Part shown: piece by piece, positions 1-14,979 of the stretch
How the letters are laid out: every line of letters starts with the position of its first letter
Numbering within the stretch: position 1 is the first letter of the stretch
Source of the DNA: Eledone cirrhosa
Taxonomy: Eukaryota
DNA: 64,000 nucleotides
Direction: 5' to 3'
Assembly (NCBI GenBank): GCA_964016885.1
Contig: OZ024755.1
Coordinates: 2,542,001 to 2,606,000, forward strand
Made by a program: the position numbers and the translations under genes
Notes under the pieces: model-generated
Told to the model about the DNA's origin: nothing
Databases searched by the model: none
Seen by the model: only the letters and a program-made list of their open reading frames with translations

Positions 1-252
1 CTTCCATTTCTATATTACTATAGTCACGTCTGCACAACCTCAAACGCACAAACACGTGCTTTTCCATATATCATATATATATATGTATATATATATATAA
101 TGTGTGTGTAGGTTTACGTATGCGTACATGTATAAACTTATACATACACATTTATATGAATGTATCGGTATTGATACATATTCACTCCATTGATTCCAGT
201 AACGGTTGAAATATGTTTATCAATAAGCCTGGACACTATCATCTTTAGTTTA

Positions 253-322
<70 letters not shown>

Positions 323-1431
323 ATATATAGGTACATATAGAGATTTGTAAAGAGATAGATAGATAAGTGTATGTGTACGTATATTTACAATTTGGGAACA
401 GCAATTATTTGAAAGATGTTATATTGAAGATGCGACTACACTAGATGCTCGAAATATTGTAGAATCGTTATTACTCTCTAAATAGGCAGCATTAAATTTA
501 AAAAAAAAGATATAGGAAAGCAACAGAAAGAACAAAACTAGGAAAGGTCAGATTAGTGAGAAAAAGACAGGATAATTATAGTTAAAATGCTTATGATCTT
601 AAATCAGCTAGATTCTCTTATTATGGCTTACATAACCATATATATTTGATAAAATATATTGTAGGTATGTTGTATGTTATATACAATTATTACTATATAT
701 ATATATATTATCCTAGATGTCATTTGTGTGGGTATGTGAGTGCGTTTATGATATGGTACTTTTTATTTTTACTCCAACATAGGACATGAGAAAGAACCTC
801 TAAAACACTGTCAGTATGTCTGTCACTCATTGTTTTCTCTTTCTCACACTATATATTTACCTCTCTCTCTCCCCCTCTCTCTCTCTCTCCCTCTCTCTCT
901 TAAATTACATCCTTACCGATTACATAAAGAATGACACATTGGATAATTTAATACTAGATAGTGTATATCAATCTATAAAAGCAACATGGTGTCATCACAA
1001 GAGAAACGGTCTATGTCGGGATGACAGTAGGTATTTATAAAGACAAAAGAAACAATTATTACATAGTTATAATGCAAAATATTTAGACACAGCAATGATT
1101 CATTTGGAAATGAAGCTGGCGTAAATAAATAACATCCGATACTTTGGATAAGAAATAATGTGAAATAATGTGTTCGGTGAATGATATACTTTTCTTCATA
1201 CATCACGATTTCATGAAGAAACGGATTTCATCTGCTGTGAAAATGTGTCATTCGAGAACTCTTCACTATAGCGGAATCTAAAATGATTTTCCTTATTTTA
1301 CGTGAAGTCCTAGTTTAAGTATCCTTGGATTTTTTAAAAGCAACTTGCAGATGGAAGTTAGCGAATCCACTGCCAAGGTTGATAATGTTTTTTTTTTCTC
1401 GTGTAATCTACATCACTATAGTTGTGTGGTT

Positions 1432-1560
1432 ATGGCGGTAAATGTGACAATAGTAGTTAGAGCAGTAGATATTAATTCTAGGTATTTGCGTTCTGAGTTC
1501 ATATATCACCAAGATCCACTTTGCTTTTCATCTTTTCAGATCGATAAAGAGAGTATCAGC
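1432..1560 (+). mobile_element. SINE family 1, old copy
   Basis: CGTTCTGAGTTCA..CTTTGCTTTTCATC..TCGATAAA. Confidence 0.6.
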
Positions 1561-1652
1561 CTAATGTATGTGTAGCCCTTCTCAATCCTTCCAACTATCA
1601 CATCTAGTTATACACAGAGTCCGCCAATAAATTGTTTACTCACATCAGCAAA

Positions 1653-1695
<43 letters not shown>

Positions 1696-1714
1696 TAGTG
1701 ATAAATGTGAAGAC

Positions 1715-1790
1715 TAAAATCCGAAGAGGGCTCGTTAAAGGTGAAAGCAACGATTCTTTGCTTAAACTTTAATCTGTTATTTTAGTAAAT
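1715..1790 (+). mobile_element. Short (TA)n-embedded element; second copy at 35661-35727 (-)
   Basis: CGTTAA.GGTGAAAGCA.CGATTCTTTGCTTAAACTTT.AATCTGTTATTTTA is shared in inverse orientation; preceded by a CCGAAGA/CAGAAGA core-like motif. Confidence 0.6.
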
Positions 1791-3099
1791 ATATATATAT
1801 ATATATATATTTAATTCTTCAAAAGTACATTTCTTGTATCAAGGTATCTCAACCTGGACATTTATCTTTTCTATGTGTGTGTATATAGAGAGAGAGGTAT
1901 TTAAAAACGGTCAATATTTATGCACGTTTTTCATTTCTTGAAGTGTGTATACACTTTTTTGAGTGGACTTTGTACAATTAACATTCACTGGATTGCGAAA
2001 GACGACTGTGCTTTTATTTGTTTGGTTACCACCACAATTAGAAATTAATGTAATATATATTTTTACCATATCCATGAAAATTATATTCAAAATATCATAT
2101 ACTTCATAAAAAGTAATTAAATGACTAAACATCTTCATTAAATAAGAATTATTTTAGAATTGTCACCGCTATTACAATCGCTATATTTTCAAACCATATT
2201 TAGTACTCAAAATTTGTTCCCCTTATAAACATTATTGTATGATATTTTATACTCATTATAAAGAAACAGTTATAGATAATGAACCAAAGTTTATCTATAA
2301 ATGGCATTTGCTATTATCTTTCTTATTAGTACGAATATTGCCCTCTGAAAACTGGGTAAAATCGTATTATAGAAGTTAGTAAAAGTTATCGTGCTGTTAA
2401 GCTTTATTTATCTCTGGAAGCTCTTTTAAATTACGAATCCAAAATTCAATTCCATCGTTTATTATTTTATTCATATAAACCTAAGAAGACAGGATAAAAA
2501 ATGTATCATATCACGGTTGGAATATACATTGCATCTTTATTTTTAATGGTTAAATTTTCAATAGATTTTTTTCTTCTTTTTAATCTTGATAAGCAGAGTT
2601 TCTAATTAAATAAATGTAATCTTTCTATAACAAAAAAAAAATGGATGAAAGAAAAGTTATGGTATTATTTTTCGTATATATTTTTCATATAGTACTTTCT
2701 ACTATAGAGCAGCATTTGGATATAGTTTTGACGTCAAATTTTTTAATAAAATATCTAAATGGATTTTACCGAAAACTGATGCAATTTCTCGATTTGATGG
2801 AACTATAATTTATGATCAATGCAACTAACACTATATTTTTTATTCACAACTTGTAATATATATATCAGCAGTCGGTATTAAAGTGTTTTAGTATTGAGTT
2901 AGTGTGGGTGCGTTCACTTAATATCACAAAATGCTAGAATTTATCACAATTCTTCTCTATCATTCCTGACCTGGGGCTTAGAAACAAACATCAAACGAAA
3001 TCATTTGTTGTTTGAACGTATTTTCATGTTTTCACAAACGTTGTGTCACGCTGAAATTCACCCTCCTATCTCAAAAATTCAGATTGGATCATGTGGGCC

Positions 3100-3188
3100 C
3101 ACCTAACCTCGGCGTAATTTGAACTCAGACAATAAAGAGACGTAACTATATGCTGTTCGACCCTCTACCGATATTGACAATCCACTGT
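3100..3188 (-). mobile_element. SINE family 1 head fragment
   Basis: AACCTCGGCG..ATTTGAACTCAGA...CGACCCTCTACCGATATTG.CAATCCAC. Confidence 0.75.
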
Positions 3189-3586
3189 CCTCATATTTAG
3201 GGAATAATAGCTTGCGTTATTGCTTGAAACAGTCTGTAGCTATCTCCATCCATTATGAGGTAGATGTTTTGTTTGTATGATAAGTTTGATATTACTCTAT
3301 ATCATGTTATTTTATTAAAATATAATTTTTAACACATTACTTAGTGTTGTGGGTTAACATTTTCTCCATTTAAGAAAATAAATCTATTTTGTATTTGTAC
3401 ATGTAAATATAATTGAAGTCAAGATCTTAGGTAGGTGTGTAAACAAAGAGTTAAGTATTTTATTTTAGAGATTAATCTCTCACTCTAACAGATACTTCGT
3501 TTGTAGTATTGTTCAATCCACAATAACAGAGTTGCAAGCAACTAGAAAGGAAGAACTGCAAATAAGCGATACGACCATCGTAGAGA

Positions 3587-3712
3587 AACTAGGAGCAAAT
3601 ATATCCCTGACGAATTAAACTAGGAGCAAATACATCCCCGACCAATTAAACTAGAAGCAAATACATCCCCGACAAATTAAACTAGGAGCAAATACATCCC
3701 CGACGAATTAAA
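3587..3712. repeat. 31-bp minisatellite, 4 copies
   Basis: AAACTAGGAGCAAATACATCCCCGACGAATT repeated. Confidence 0.9.
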
Positions 3713-4029
3713 TGTGTAATTTCATTGATCAACAGAAATGATAACATATCCGGACATAATTGTGAAAAGAATTACAAGCAACATGTTATTGCAATTGCTT
3801 ATGATTAATTGTAATTTGATGTGTTAAGTTGAAGGTGATCTTGAGAAGATTATTGTCTTATTACCGGAGGGACAAGATTTAATTAATGAAATCAGACCAT
3901 ATTAGTTTCAGTTAGGAGTTAAGCAATGATTGCCAAAGGAGAAAGAAATCTCTATTTTCGGTATAAATAATGTTGCAACAAATACTGAAGAATTGTTTTA
4001 ATAATCTGATATTTTAGTTTAAAGATTGT

Positions 4030-4270
4030 CTCGATCCCGGAGCACTCATCAGTGGTTAACACAAGTGGTTATCACGGTTTCCGTGGCGTTAAATATTTGA
4101 GAGTACAAAACTTCCCCTGGACGCACCGCTAGTCCATCGCAGGGTTAAACCACCAGCTGTTTCTGGTTCACATTTTCAGCTGAGTATACTGGATTAACGT
4201 GAAAAGAAATGTTTTTGCTCAGGAACAACACACAACCCAGTCCAGGTATCGAACCCATGATATTATGATC
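4030..4270 (-). mobile_element. tRNA-derived SINE family 2 with conserved central domain
   Basis: Minus strand GGTTCGATACC..TGTTCCTGAGCAA..CCAGT..ACTCAGCTG..CCCTGCGATGGACTAGC..GTCCAGGGG (V/Meta-SINE-like segment). Confidence 0.7.
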
Positions 4271-4442
4271 ACATCATTGCTTTTGATGTAATCCAAAGAG
4301 TAAGAAGTCATTGGGATTGAAAGTTTTTAAACGTCGGAAATGGAGAAAGTCAAAAGTGAGAAATGACTTAACAAGGAGTCGAAACCAGAGTTAGTATAGT
4401 CTAACATTCAACAGCTGGCAGAATGATATATAAATATGTAGG

Positions 4443-4622
4443 TAAGTTATTCCGGGTTGAATCGGAGGTAACCACAGTAAGTAAGGTACTCAAGACATAG
4501 CAGAGTATAAAAGTTTTAATATAGATGAGATTCAACAGGACTAGAACTGTTTCATTCTTTAGAAATCACCAGATTCCTGATGATTTCTAAAGAATGAAAC
4601 AGTTCTAGTCCTGTAGAATCTC
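4443..4622. mobile_element. Hammerhead-carrying short element, family A (retrozyme/PLE-like), fold-back copy
   Basis: Minus-strand tail (...ACTGTGGTTACCTCCGATTCAACCCGGAATAAC) is shared with 50870-50952 and 51195-51278. 4528-4622 is a near-perfect palindrome. Flanked by TA-rich sequence and (TATG)n. Confidence 0.8.
4571..4621 (+). ncRNA. Type I hammerhead ribozyme motif
   Basis: AGATTC-CTGATGA-t TTC taaa GAA t-GAAA-CAG ttctagtc CTG-TA-GAATCT: 6-bp stem I, intact core, stem III, GUA triplet (predicted cut after 4615). The first pair of stem II is U-U rather than G-C. Confidence 0.75.
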
Positions 4623-4870
4623 GTATGTATGTATGTATGTATGTATGTATGTATGTATGTATGTATGTATGTATGTATGTATGTATGTATGTATGTATGT
4701 ATGTATGTATGTATGTATGTATGTATGTATGTATGTATGTATGTATGTATGTATGTATGTATGTATGTATGTATGTATGTATGTATGTATGTATGTATGT
4801 ATGTATGTATGTATGTATGTATGTATGTATGTATGTATGTATGTATGTATGTATGTATGTATGTATGTAT
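4623..4870. repeat. Pure (TATG)n, ~62 units
   Basis: Read directly from the sequence. Confidence 0.98.
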
Positions 4871-5126
4871 AGTATAGTATTTCTTTATGATAATAGCTTG
4901 CTTGATATGATGGCGCTGCAAGTACTACTGTAACTTTTGCTGTTGATGGTGATGCTGATAATGATGACGTTGGCGGAGATGATGGGGAAGATGGAGAGAA
5001 GCTGAACAGCAATGACGATTAAGATGTTGATGCTAATGACAGTTAGGATGAGATGACGGATGATGATGGCGATGACTATTCTAATTTTAGATGATTAATG
5101 ATGGTGGTGATGACGATGGCAATCAT

Positions 5127-5184
<58 letters not shown>

Positions 5185-5409
5185 TGTTCTCTAGGATGTA
5201 AATGTGGTGACAAAGATCCCTAGGATGGAAATGTTCAGGGATAATCTACATGGTATCCTTTTTTGCTTTGACAGCAATTTGTAAAAACTTCTTTCCCAGG
5301 ACCACATTCCCACAGTTCTGTCTCTTTGTTCTCTTGCTCGTCATCTTAGCTTAAACTAAGGGAAACACCACACACACAACACACACACACACAGGCAGAG
5401 ACAACACAC

Positions 5410-6706
5410 ATATGTTATATATATATATATATACATACATACACACATACACATATATATATATATACATATACACACATATATATATATACATATATAC
5501 ATACATATACATATACACATATATATACATATATATACACATATACATATATATATATACATATATATACACATATACATATACATATATATACACATAT
5601 ATATACATATACATATATATACATATACATATACATATACATATATATACATATACATATACATATATATACATATATATAAATATATATACATATATAT
5701 ACACATATATATATACATATATATATACATATACATATATATACACATATATATATATATACATATACATATATATACACATATATATACATATACATAT
5801 ATATACACATATATATATATATACATATACATATATATACACATATATATATATATACATATACATATATATACACATATATATATATATATATATACAT
5901 ATATATACACATATATATATATATATATATACATATATATACACATATATATATATATATATATACATATACATACACATATATATATACATATATATAC
6001 ATATACATATATATATACATACACATATATATATACATACACATATATACATATACATATACACACATATATATATATACATATATACACATATATATAT
6101 ATACATATATACACATATATATATATACATATATACACATATATATATATACATATATACACATATATATATATACATATATACACATATATATATATAC
6201 ATATATACACATATATATATATACATATATACACATATATATATACATATATACACATATATATATATACATATATACACATATATATATATATACATGG
6301 TGGCTGCCAACTCGTTTTCGAGTACGGCCACTACTTTATATCCATGTAGGAGAACCCCTACCGATGCACTGAACGAGTGTGACTTTTGAGTCCAGCCAGC
6401 GACTTGAAAACTCTGGTACAAACACTACACTTGTGACAATTATTGACACATAGTGCTGGGCCCATGGTACCATGTGACAAGTGCAGAGAGATCTCCAGAT
6501 ATAAAGCAATGCCTGTGCCATGAAGCTTTTATAGTGAGCAAAGGCATTGCACAGAGCCAGTCCCACTCTCTTAACCAAGATGATATTTACCAAAAAGTAG
6601 AACAAGTCAACATCATTGGATACCATCAGGGTTGCAGGTGTTATATCAGAGTTTTCCTTCTCCTAGAATTCTGCCTTGACAAAGGCTAAGGGGTCATCTC
6701 TCCCGG

Positions 6707-6738
<32 letters not shown>

Positions 6739-6845
6739 CATATATATATACATATATATATATATATACATATATATACACATATATATATACACATATA
6801 TATATATACATATATACATATACATATACATATATACATATATAC

Positions 6846-6876
<31 letters not shown>

Positions 6877-6937
6877 CATATATATATACATACATATATA
6901 TATACATATATATATATATACATACATATATATATAC

Positions 6938-6968
<31 letters not shown>

Positions 6969-7035
6969 CATATATATATACATATATATATATATACATA
7001 TATATATACATATATATATATATACATATATATAC

Positions 7036-7068
<33 letters not shown>

Positions 7069-7079
7069 CATATATATAC

Positions 7080-7128
<49 letters not shown>

Positions 7129-7511
7129 CATATACACATATATATACACATATATACATATACATATATATATACACATATATATACACATATATACATA
7201 TACATATATATATACACATATACATATACACATATACACATATATATATACATATACACATATATATATACACATATATACATATACATATATATATACA
7301 CATATACATATACACATATACACATATATATATACATATACACATATATATATATACATATATATATATACATATATATATATACATATATATATATACA
7401 TATACATATATACATATATATATATACATATATATACATATATACATATACATATATACATATATACATATATACATATACATATATACATATACATATA
7501 TACATATATAC

Positions 7512-7542
<31 letters not shown>

Positions 7543-7957
7543 CATATATACATATATACATATATACATATATATATACATATATACATATATATATATA
7601 CATATACATATATACATATACATATATACATATACATATACATATATATATATACATATATATATATACATATATATATATACATATATATATATACATA
7701 TATATATATACATATATATATATACATATATATATACATATATATATACATATATATATATACATATATATATATACATATATATATATACATATATATA
7801 TATACATATATATATATACATATATATATATACATATATATATATACATATATATATATACATATATATATATACATATATATATATACATATACATATA
7901 TATATATACATATACATATATACATATACATATATATATATACATATATATATATAC

Positions 7958-8002
<45 letters not shown>

Positions 8003-8003
8003 C

Positions 8004-8048
<45 letters not shown>

Positions 8049-8530
8049 CATATATATATATACATATATATATATACATATATATATATACATATACATA
8101 TATATATATACATATACATATATATATATACATATATATATATACATATATATATATACATATATATATATACATATATATATATACATATATATATATA
8201 CATATATATATATACATATATATATATACATATACATATATACATATATATATATACATATACATATATACATATATATATATACATATACATATATATA
8301 TATACATATATACATATATATATATACATATATATATATACATATATATATATACATATATATATATACATATATATATATACATACATATATATATATA
8401 CATATATATATATACATATATATATATACATATATATATATACATATATATATATACATATATATATATACATATATATATATACATATATATATATACA
8501 TATATATATATACATACATATATATACATA

Positions 8531-8571
<41 letters not shown>

Positions 8572-8617
8572 ACATACATATATATATATATATACATACA
8601 TACATACATATATATAC

Positions 8618-8712
<95 letters not shown>

Positions 8713-8831
8713 CATATATATATACATATATATATATATACATATATATATATACACATATATATATATACACATATATATATATACACATATATATATA
8801 TATACATACACATATATATATATACATACAC

Positions 8832-8864
<33 letters not shown>

Positions 8865-9031
8865 TATACACATACATATATATACACATATATATATATA
8901 CATACACATATACATATACATACATATATATATATATATACATATATATATACACATATATATACACATATATACACATATATATACATATATATATACA
9001 TATATATACACATATATACACATATATATAC

Positions 9032-9064
<33 letters not shown>

Positions 9065-9211
9065 CATATATATATACACATATATATACACATATATATA
9101 CATATATATACATATATATACATATATATACATATATATACATATATACATATATACATATATATACATATACATATATACATATATATACATATACATA
9201 TATATATACAC

Positions 9212-9250
<39 letters not shown>

Positions 9251-9275
9251 ATATATTATATAATATATATATATA
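5410..9275. repeat. Very long TA/TACA/CA compound microsatellite interrupted by the family D insertion
   Basis: 5410-6295 and 6707-9275 are almost purely alternating purine-pyrimidine. Confidence 0.98.
6296..6702 (-). mobile_element. Family D ~407-bp interspersed repeat, probably derived from an RTE 5' UTR
   Basis: About 97% identical to 47196-47605 (11 substitutions + one 3-bp indel by eye). The minus strand begins with CTAGGAGAAGGAAAACTCTGA, a motif I recall from RTE 5' UTRs. Inserted in a TA/CA microsatellite. Confidence 0.7.
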
Positions 9276-9974
9276 ATCGAATTTCATTAACTTTTCTTCA
9301 CCCAGCCCGCCCTCAACCACCACAAAACCACACGGCACCCCCAGTACCCCAGTAGGCGGTTTCACAATAGTGACCTTATTTAAATAATGGTAAATTGTTC
9401 TGTGTTACATTTCGAAGGGGAAACAAAGCGAAGCGAAAGGAAACAAATTAGATAAGCAACTTCAAGAACACATTATACTTTTGATCTGACCTTTTGCAAT
9501 TGCCTAATATAAAACGACTTACAGACAACATGGCGAAGTGTTAGACGGAAGGGACTCGATGATAATTTCATTTTAAGATTCATAGACAATGGATATGACC
9601 TTTTGACCTTATTGCGTGTGATGGTCTTCGCTATATACTTATCTGACCTATTTAGCTACACAGACACACACATTCACACGCACACATATATATATATATA
9701 TGTACATATATGTATGTGCGTGTATTTACATACAAACATTCTCATATATATGCGTATATACTCTCATGTAAATATATATATATGTATTTATATGACATTG
9801 TGGTATATAATTATATCTATCTAAGAAAACTTTCACTTGGTATGTATTGTATAGATGTCCGTCTCTCTCTCTCATATATATATATATGTAAAAGGTAAAG
9901 AGAAATAACAACACAATCGGTACAGTATATGGAAGGGATATATTAGGTTAACGCTTGATATAGCAGAAAGAGGG

Positions 9975-10010
9975 TCTTAAGGTTTCGGACGCTAGTCCTT
10001 CATCAGAAGA
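9975..10010 (-). ncRNA. Minimal (PLE-type) hammerhead motif in a Penelope-like terminal repeat (~9888-10010)
   Basis: Reverse complement TCTT-CTGATGA-a GGAC tagc GTCC-GAAA-CC-TT-AAGA. Downstream tail is similar to 55012-55085 and 28005-28037. Confidence 0.6.
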
Positions 10011-10058
10011 AAGAATGAGAAAGAAGATAGGATGAGGGGACGAGTGGGTTGGAATAGG

Positions 10059-10111
<53 letters not shown>

Positions 10112-10384
10112 TTTTAATCATTTATAAACATTTATATTTGTTGAATTACAAACAAATTGAATATCCCTTTTGCTTATATTATATATAATCTAAGGGAATT
10201 CGTTAGGTATAAACATGTTTAACCAAATGTATTTATCTTAGGTCCTCCTATACCCTGGGGTATATTGGACAATGAGTCTTCTCAAATTTACACGACTAGC
10301 TACGCATCTTGCGTGGTTTCCCAGTCCAGTCCAATCCTATGGAGATCTTGATATAGAGCTTGACTTGGGCACTTTAAACATGGC

Positions 10385-10770
10385 GGACTACTACTACCAC
10401 CACGACTATTAGTACCAACACTACCTCGACTACTACTATTAACACCACCACCACCACCACCACCACCGCTACTACGACTACAACCACCACCACCACCACC
10501 ACTACTACGACTACTACCACCACCACTACCACCACCACCACGACTACTACCACCACCGCCACCACTACGACTACCACCACCGCCACCACTACGACTACTA
10601 GCACCACCACCACCGCCGCCGCCACGACTACTACTACCACCACCACCACAACCACTACTACTACTACCACCACCACCACCACTAATGCCACCACCACGAC
10701 TACTACTACAACCACTACTACCACCACCACCACTACTGCCACCACTACGACTACTAGTACCACCGCTACC
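10385..10770. repeat. (CAC/TAC/GAC)n trinucleotide tract
   Basis: Read directly from the sequence. Confidence 0.95.
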
Positions 10771-10843
10771 TATCTCTTCTCCTGGCTAGAACACTGCCGA
10801 TTTCTTTCAGGAAATGAGAGAGATGGGAATATGCTACCCCAGT

Positions 10844-11100
10844 CCTCGACTGGTATCGAGCTTGGATGGATAGAAAGCGAAGGTAACCTCAGAAGAATTT
10901 TAACTCAGAGAGCTCAGAGACTAGAATACTACCGATTTCTTTTAACGAGAGAGAGAGAGAGAGAGAGGTGGGGGAGAGATTCTACCCCAGTCCTCGACTG
11001 GTACTTCTTTTATCGATAGAAAGCGAAGGTAACCTCAGAAGAATTTGAACTCAAGGAGCTCACAGAGCCGGAATAAATATCACCACACATTCTATCCGAC
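10844..11100 (-). mobile_element. Two tandem partial SINE family 1 copies separated by (GA)n
   Basis: CTACCCCAGTCCTCGACTGGTA...AAAGCGAAGGTAACCTCAGAAGAATTT.AACTCA occurs twice. Confidence 0.6.
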
Positions 11101-11617
11101 GTAATAGAACTGCAGAACTACAGAATTGTGCTAATGAACCTGGCGGAATGATTTACTTCTAATACAAGACTATAAACACTAAGTTATTATTATATGTCTG
11201 TCGATTGTCTATAAAACTCTTTATATTATATATTGTACTATAATCTTCTCAAATGGCATTCGGCTTTGTACATCATTTTAAAGAACTTTTGTTCTAAGTC
11301 CTGTTACTCAGAAGCCGTTAACATAAACCACCCCCAATCCCCAACATAACTGAAACCATCGCCAACAGTGGCAACACACCACTGTCACCACTCCACACCA
11401 CACCACACCACACCACACCACACCACACCACACCAGCATTACTACGACCAGAGGCTTTCTATATAAATGTGTGCAGCCAAGTTCGTGTGTGGTTATGATG
11501 GAAAGCCTCGTTTCTTGACTAACGCGCCGTGTCCGTAACAATTGCATCCAATTACGATGCAACGAAATTTCGCGTGCATTTGCCATTCTCATTTGTCGTT
11601 GTTTTCTCAGTCGTGGC

Positions 11618-12030
11618 TTATTATTATTATTATTACTATTATTATTACTATTATTATTATTACTATTACTATTATTATTATTACTATTACTATTATTATT
11701 ATTACTATTATTACTATTATTACTATTATTATTATTATTACTATTATTATTATTATTACTATTATTATTACTACTATTATTATTATTACTATTATTATTA
11801 TTACTATTATTATTATTATTACTATTACTATTATTACTATTATTATTATTACTATTATTATTATTATTATTACTATTATTTTTATTATTATTACTATTAT
11901 TTTTATTACTATTATTATTATCATTATTATCGTTGTTTTTGTCGTTGTTGTCGTTGTTGTCATCATTACCATCATTCACCTTCTCATCATCATCATCAAG
12001 TACATTATCATCGTTATAATTATCATCATC
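11618..12030. repeat. (ATT/ACT)n grading into (GTT)/(CAT)n
   Basis: Read directly from the sequence. Confidence 0.95.
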
Positions 12031-12699
12031 AATTCGTTACCGTTGTTACCACTTATTTTCGTCCACGCGCTGTAATTCAATATAACAGACGTAATATCTT
12101 AATACCGTTCACAGTAACACCCCGTCTTACACACACACAGTCATGAACACATACACACACTTACAGACTCGCAGACACACACACACTCTCATATACACAT
12201 ACATGCACATACACGCTCACAGACACAGACACACACACTCATATACACACACACACTTGCAGACATGCACACATACACACGCTCGCTGACGCACACAAAC
12301 CTTCACACGCTCACAGAAATGCACACACTCGCACAAACATTCACACTAACACGCTCGCAGACGTACACACCCTCACACACACACACACACATACACACAC
12401 GCACTCAACCCAGACACTTCACCAATCGTGCCCAACCTAACACCTCCCATTTCTCTCATCGTTTCCGTATTATCAAATTGATGAGATTCCACGACAATTG
12501 GCCAGTGTCTATCAATTCAATAAAACGACCATGTTTATTTCTTCCTCCTTTTCTACCTTTTCTTTTATCTTCGTCCCTAGTAATCTCCCCCTGAAAATTA
12601 TCATTATTGAACAAACGAAGCAGACGTCTATCTAGCATGTGTGTAAATTAATATTTTCAGTTTTCAATTATTATTATTAATTTGCTCTAGGGCAGATAA

Positions 12700-12915
12700 T
12701 TGGCGGCAGTGTCATCGCCTGGAATGAAGTGTTTGTCATATTTCTTCCATTCCTATACATTCTGAGTTCAAATCCCGCCGAGGTTAGCTTTGCCATTCAT
12801 CATTACGAGGTTGATAAAATAAAGTACCAGTAACGCATTGGGGTCGATTTAATCGATATAATTGACTCCCGATCTCTCCCAAAAAACTGTTGGCCTTATG
12901 CTTAAATTAGAAATA
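12700..12915 (+). mobile_element. SINE family 1
   Basis: B box, body and tail motifs as at 29970. Confidence 0.85.
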
Positions 12916-12954
12916 ATTTTTAATGTGTTCATGTTCTAGAGGGTGGCGGATTGA

Positions 12955-13200
12955 AGAAAGAATGGACCCAGCCCTACATTAGGTTATATATCTAAGTGAA
13001 AGAAGATATATACGTTGATGTAGGGCTGTACCTATTCTAAGTGATAGAAGATAGAACAGGTACAGCCCCACATGAAGATAAATATCTAGCTGATAGAAGA
13101 TGGTCTGGGCCCAGCCCTACATCAAACATATATGTAAGTTAGTTATAGTAGAATAGGTACAACTCTACATTAGGTTATGTATCTATATGATTGATGGTAG
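12955..13200. repeat. Diverged ~53-bp tandem repeat including one inverted unit
   Basis: CAGCCCTACAT variants recur on the plus strand; ATGTAGGGCTG at ~13018 is the inverse. Confidence 0.6.
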
Positions 13201-14418
13201 AATAGATAGTGTTGTATTACGGTATTTCTATAAATGTTTGGGAAGAGGAAAATAAGTAGAATGTTGTTGATTATATAGCCGTTAAGTATTTGTCTCCCTA
13301 TAGTTGATTATTCTCACCCCTGAAGATGTAGGACTTTGGAACCATTATTATCATTACTGCTTGTTTATCTCGTAGATTTATCATTGTTTGTTTTTATTTT
13401 TCTTAATTTTGTTGTTGTTGTTTTTGGCACAAGAATGGAATTTCTTCTGAAGCGCATCTCTTCACTATTTATTGATAAACACTGGTACAAAGCCATTCTG
13501 AAGATGTTGAATTACTGGAGATCATTGAATAACGCTACCGAACTCATTCACTGTGTATGTTTGTATGTGTATATGTGTGAATGTCTGGATATGTGTATAT
13601 GTGTGAATGTGTGGATATGTGTATATGTGTGAATGTGTGGATGTGTGAACAGTGTGGATGTGTGAACAGTGTGGATGTGTGTGCATGGTGTGATTGGTGT
13701 AGTAAAACCTCAAACCTCTTGGGATGGTGGACTGTCGGAGCGTTCTAAACTGACCATTCAGTTGTAGTGGAACCAGAAGTGTGGCACTATATACATTTAC
13801 AGAGAGTGGGAGAAGGAAAGATACAAAGACAAAAACTAACAGACATAATGAGAGCGAATGAACGAGACAAAGAGAGAGAGAAATTGAGACAATGAAAAAC
13901 TAATAGAGATTGGAAGCAGTAAGGGTGTGGGGGTTGCAAGAGAAATGATAAGAATGTGATTGTGTGGAGGGGTTACCTCTTTGATGCTCAATTGATTCTT
14001 TTCATTGGCCAATTATATGCTGCTTGGTTTTAAAGATTGCCAATTTAACAAAACATAATTTAGGGGCAGCACCGTTTCTCATAAACCAATAGGATGAATT
14101 TGACCAAGCTAATCGAACACGGTGTACTCAGAAAGCCGATAACTAGGTGTCAATAATTGTGTGCTAAACCCATCTTTAATTGTCTCTTGTATACAATGGC
14201 CAATGAGAGTTTTATCACGCATGCATGCACGAAAACACACACAATAGCAGACAGATATACACATATAGATACATATAGACATTTACATAGGAATATATAG
14301 AACAAGTACATACACAAGACAGCTTCGTCGGGATATTGTCTTTGGCGACTTTTATGGTTTTCGCAGATATTATTGCGATTTAAACTTACTGCTGTTCTTG
14401 TTGCTGTTGTTGTTATTA

Positions 14419-14750
14419 GGGGAGGGGTTTGGCAGTATCGGTAAATTATCGGATAACATGCTTAGCGTCATAGAGCTACGGCCCTTTAGATTCTGTTTTC
14501 AAATACCGCCGAGGTTAGCTTTGCCTTTCATCCTTACAGAGTCGATAAAATAAAGTACCAGTAACGCACTGGGGTCGATTTAATCAACTTTCCCTTCCAC
14601 CTCCAAATAACTGGCCTTGTGCCTAAATCAGAAACCATTATCATTATTATTTTTGTTGTTGGGCGGTAGATTGGCAGTATCGGTAGAGAGTCGGACACCA
14701 TGTTTTGCAGCGTAGTTACGTCCCTCTACAGACTGTGTTCAAATCCCGCC
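14419..14750 (+). mobile_element. SINE family 1, full copy plus adjacent head-only copy (14661-14750)
   Basis: Two TTGGCAGTATCGGTA heads; the first continues through body and tail. Confidence 0.85.
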
Positions 14751-14929
14751 ATTTGTATATATATATATTGGTAAGCACACAGCCCCGTTCTCACTATTTT
14801 AATTCATATATATATATATATACTTGGGGGGGCGGGGTGATATTTGTGTAATATTGTCAGAATTAATAACAGAATAAGTATAACAATATTTGTTTCGACA
14901 CACGATTTCATATCAAAAACCTCGCAAAA

Positions 14930-14978
<49 letters not shown>

Positions 14979-14979
14979 T

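Noticed and set aside
3587-3712. CTGACGA..AAAC-TA-GGA in the minisatellite as a tandem hammerhead
   Set aside because: No stem II, G12 is missing, and the core is intact in only one unit.
5351-9365. Long ORFs of 300-900 aa (YIYI/MYVC repeats)
   Set aside because: Translations of stop-free TA/CA microsatellite, open in many frames; no coding signature.
11450-11610. CpG-rich island with hairpins and CGAAATTTCG
   Set aside because: No CUGAnGA core; no other support for a ribozyme, exon or promoter.
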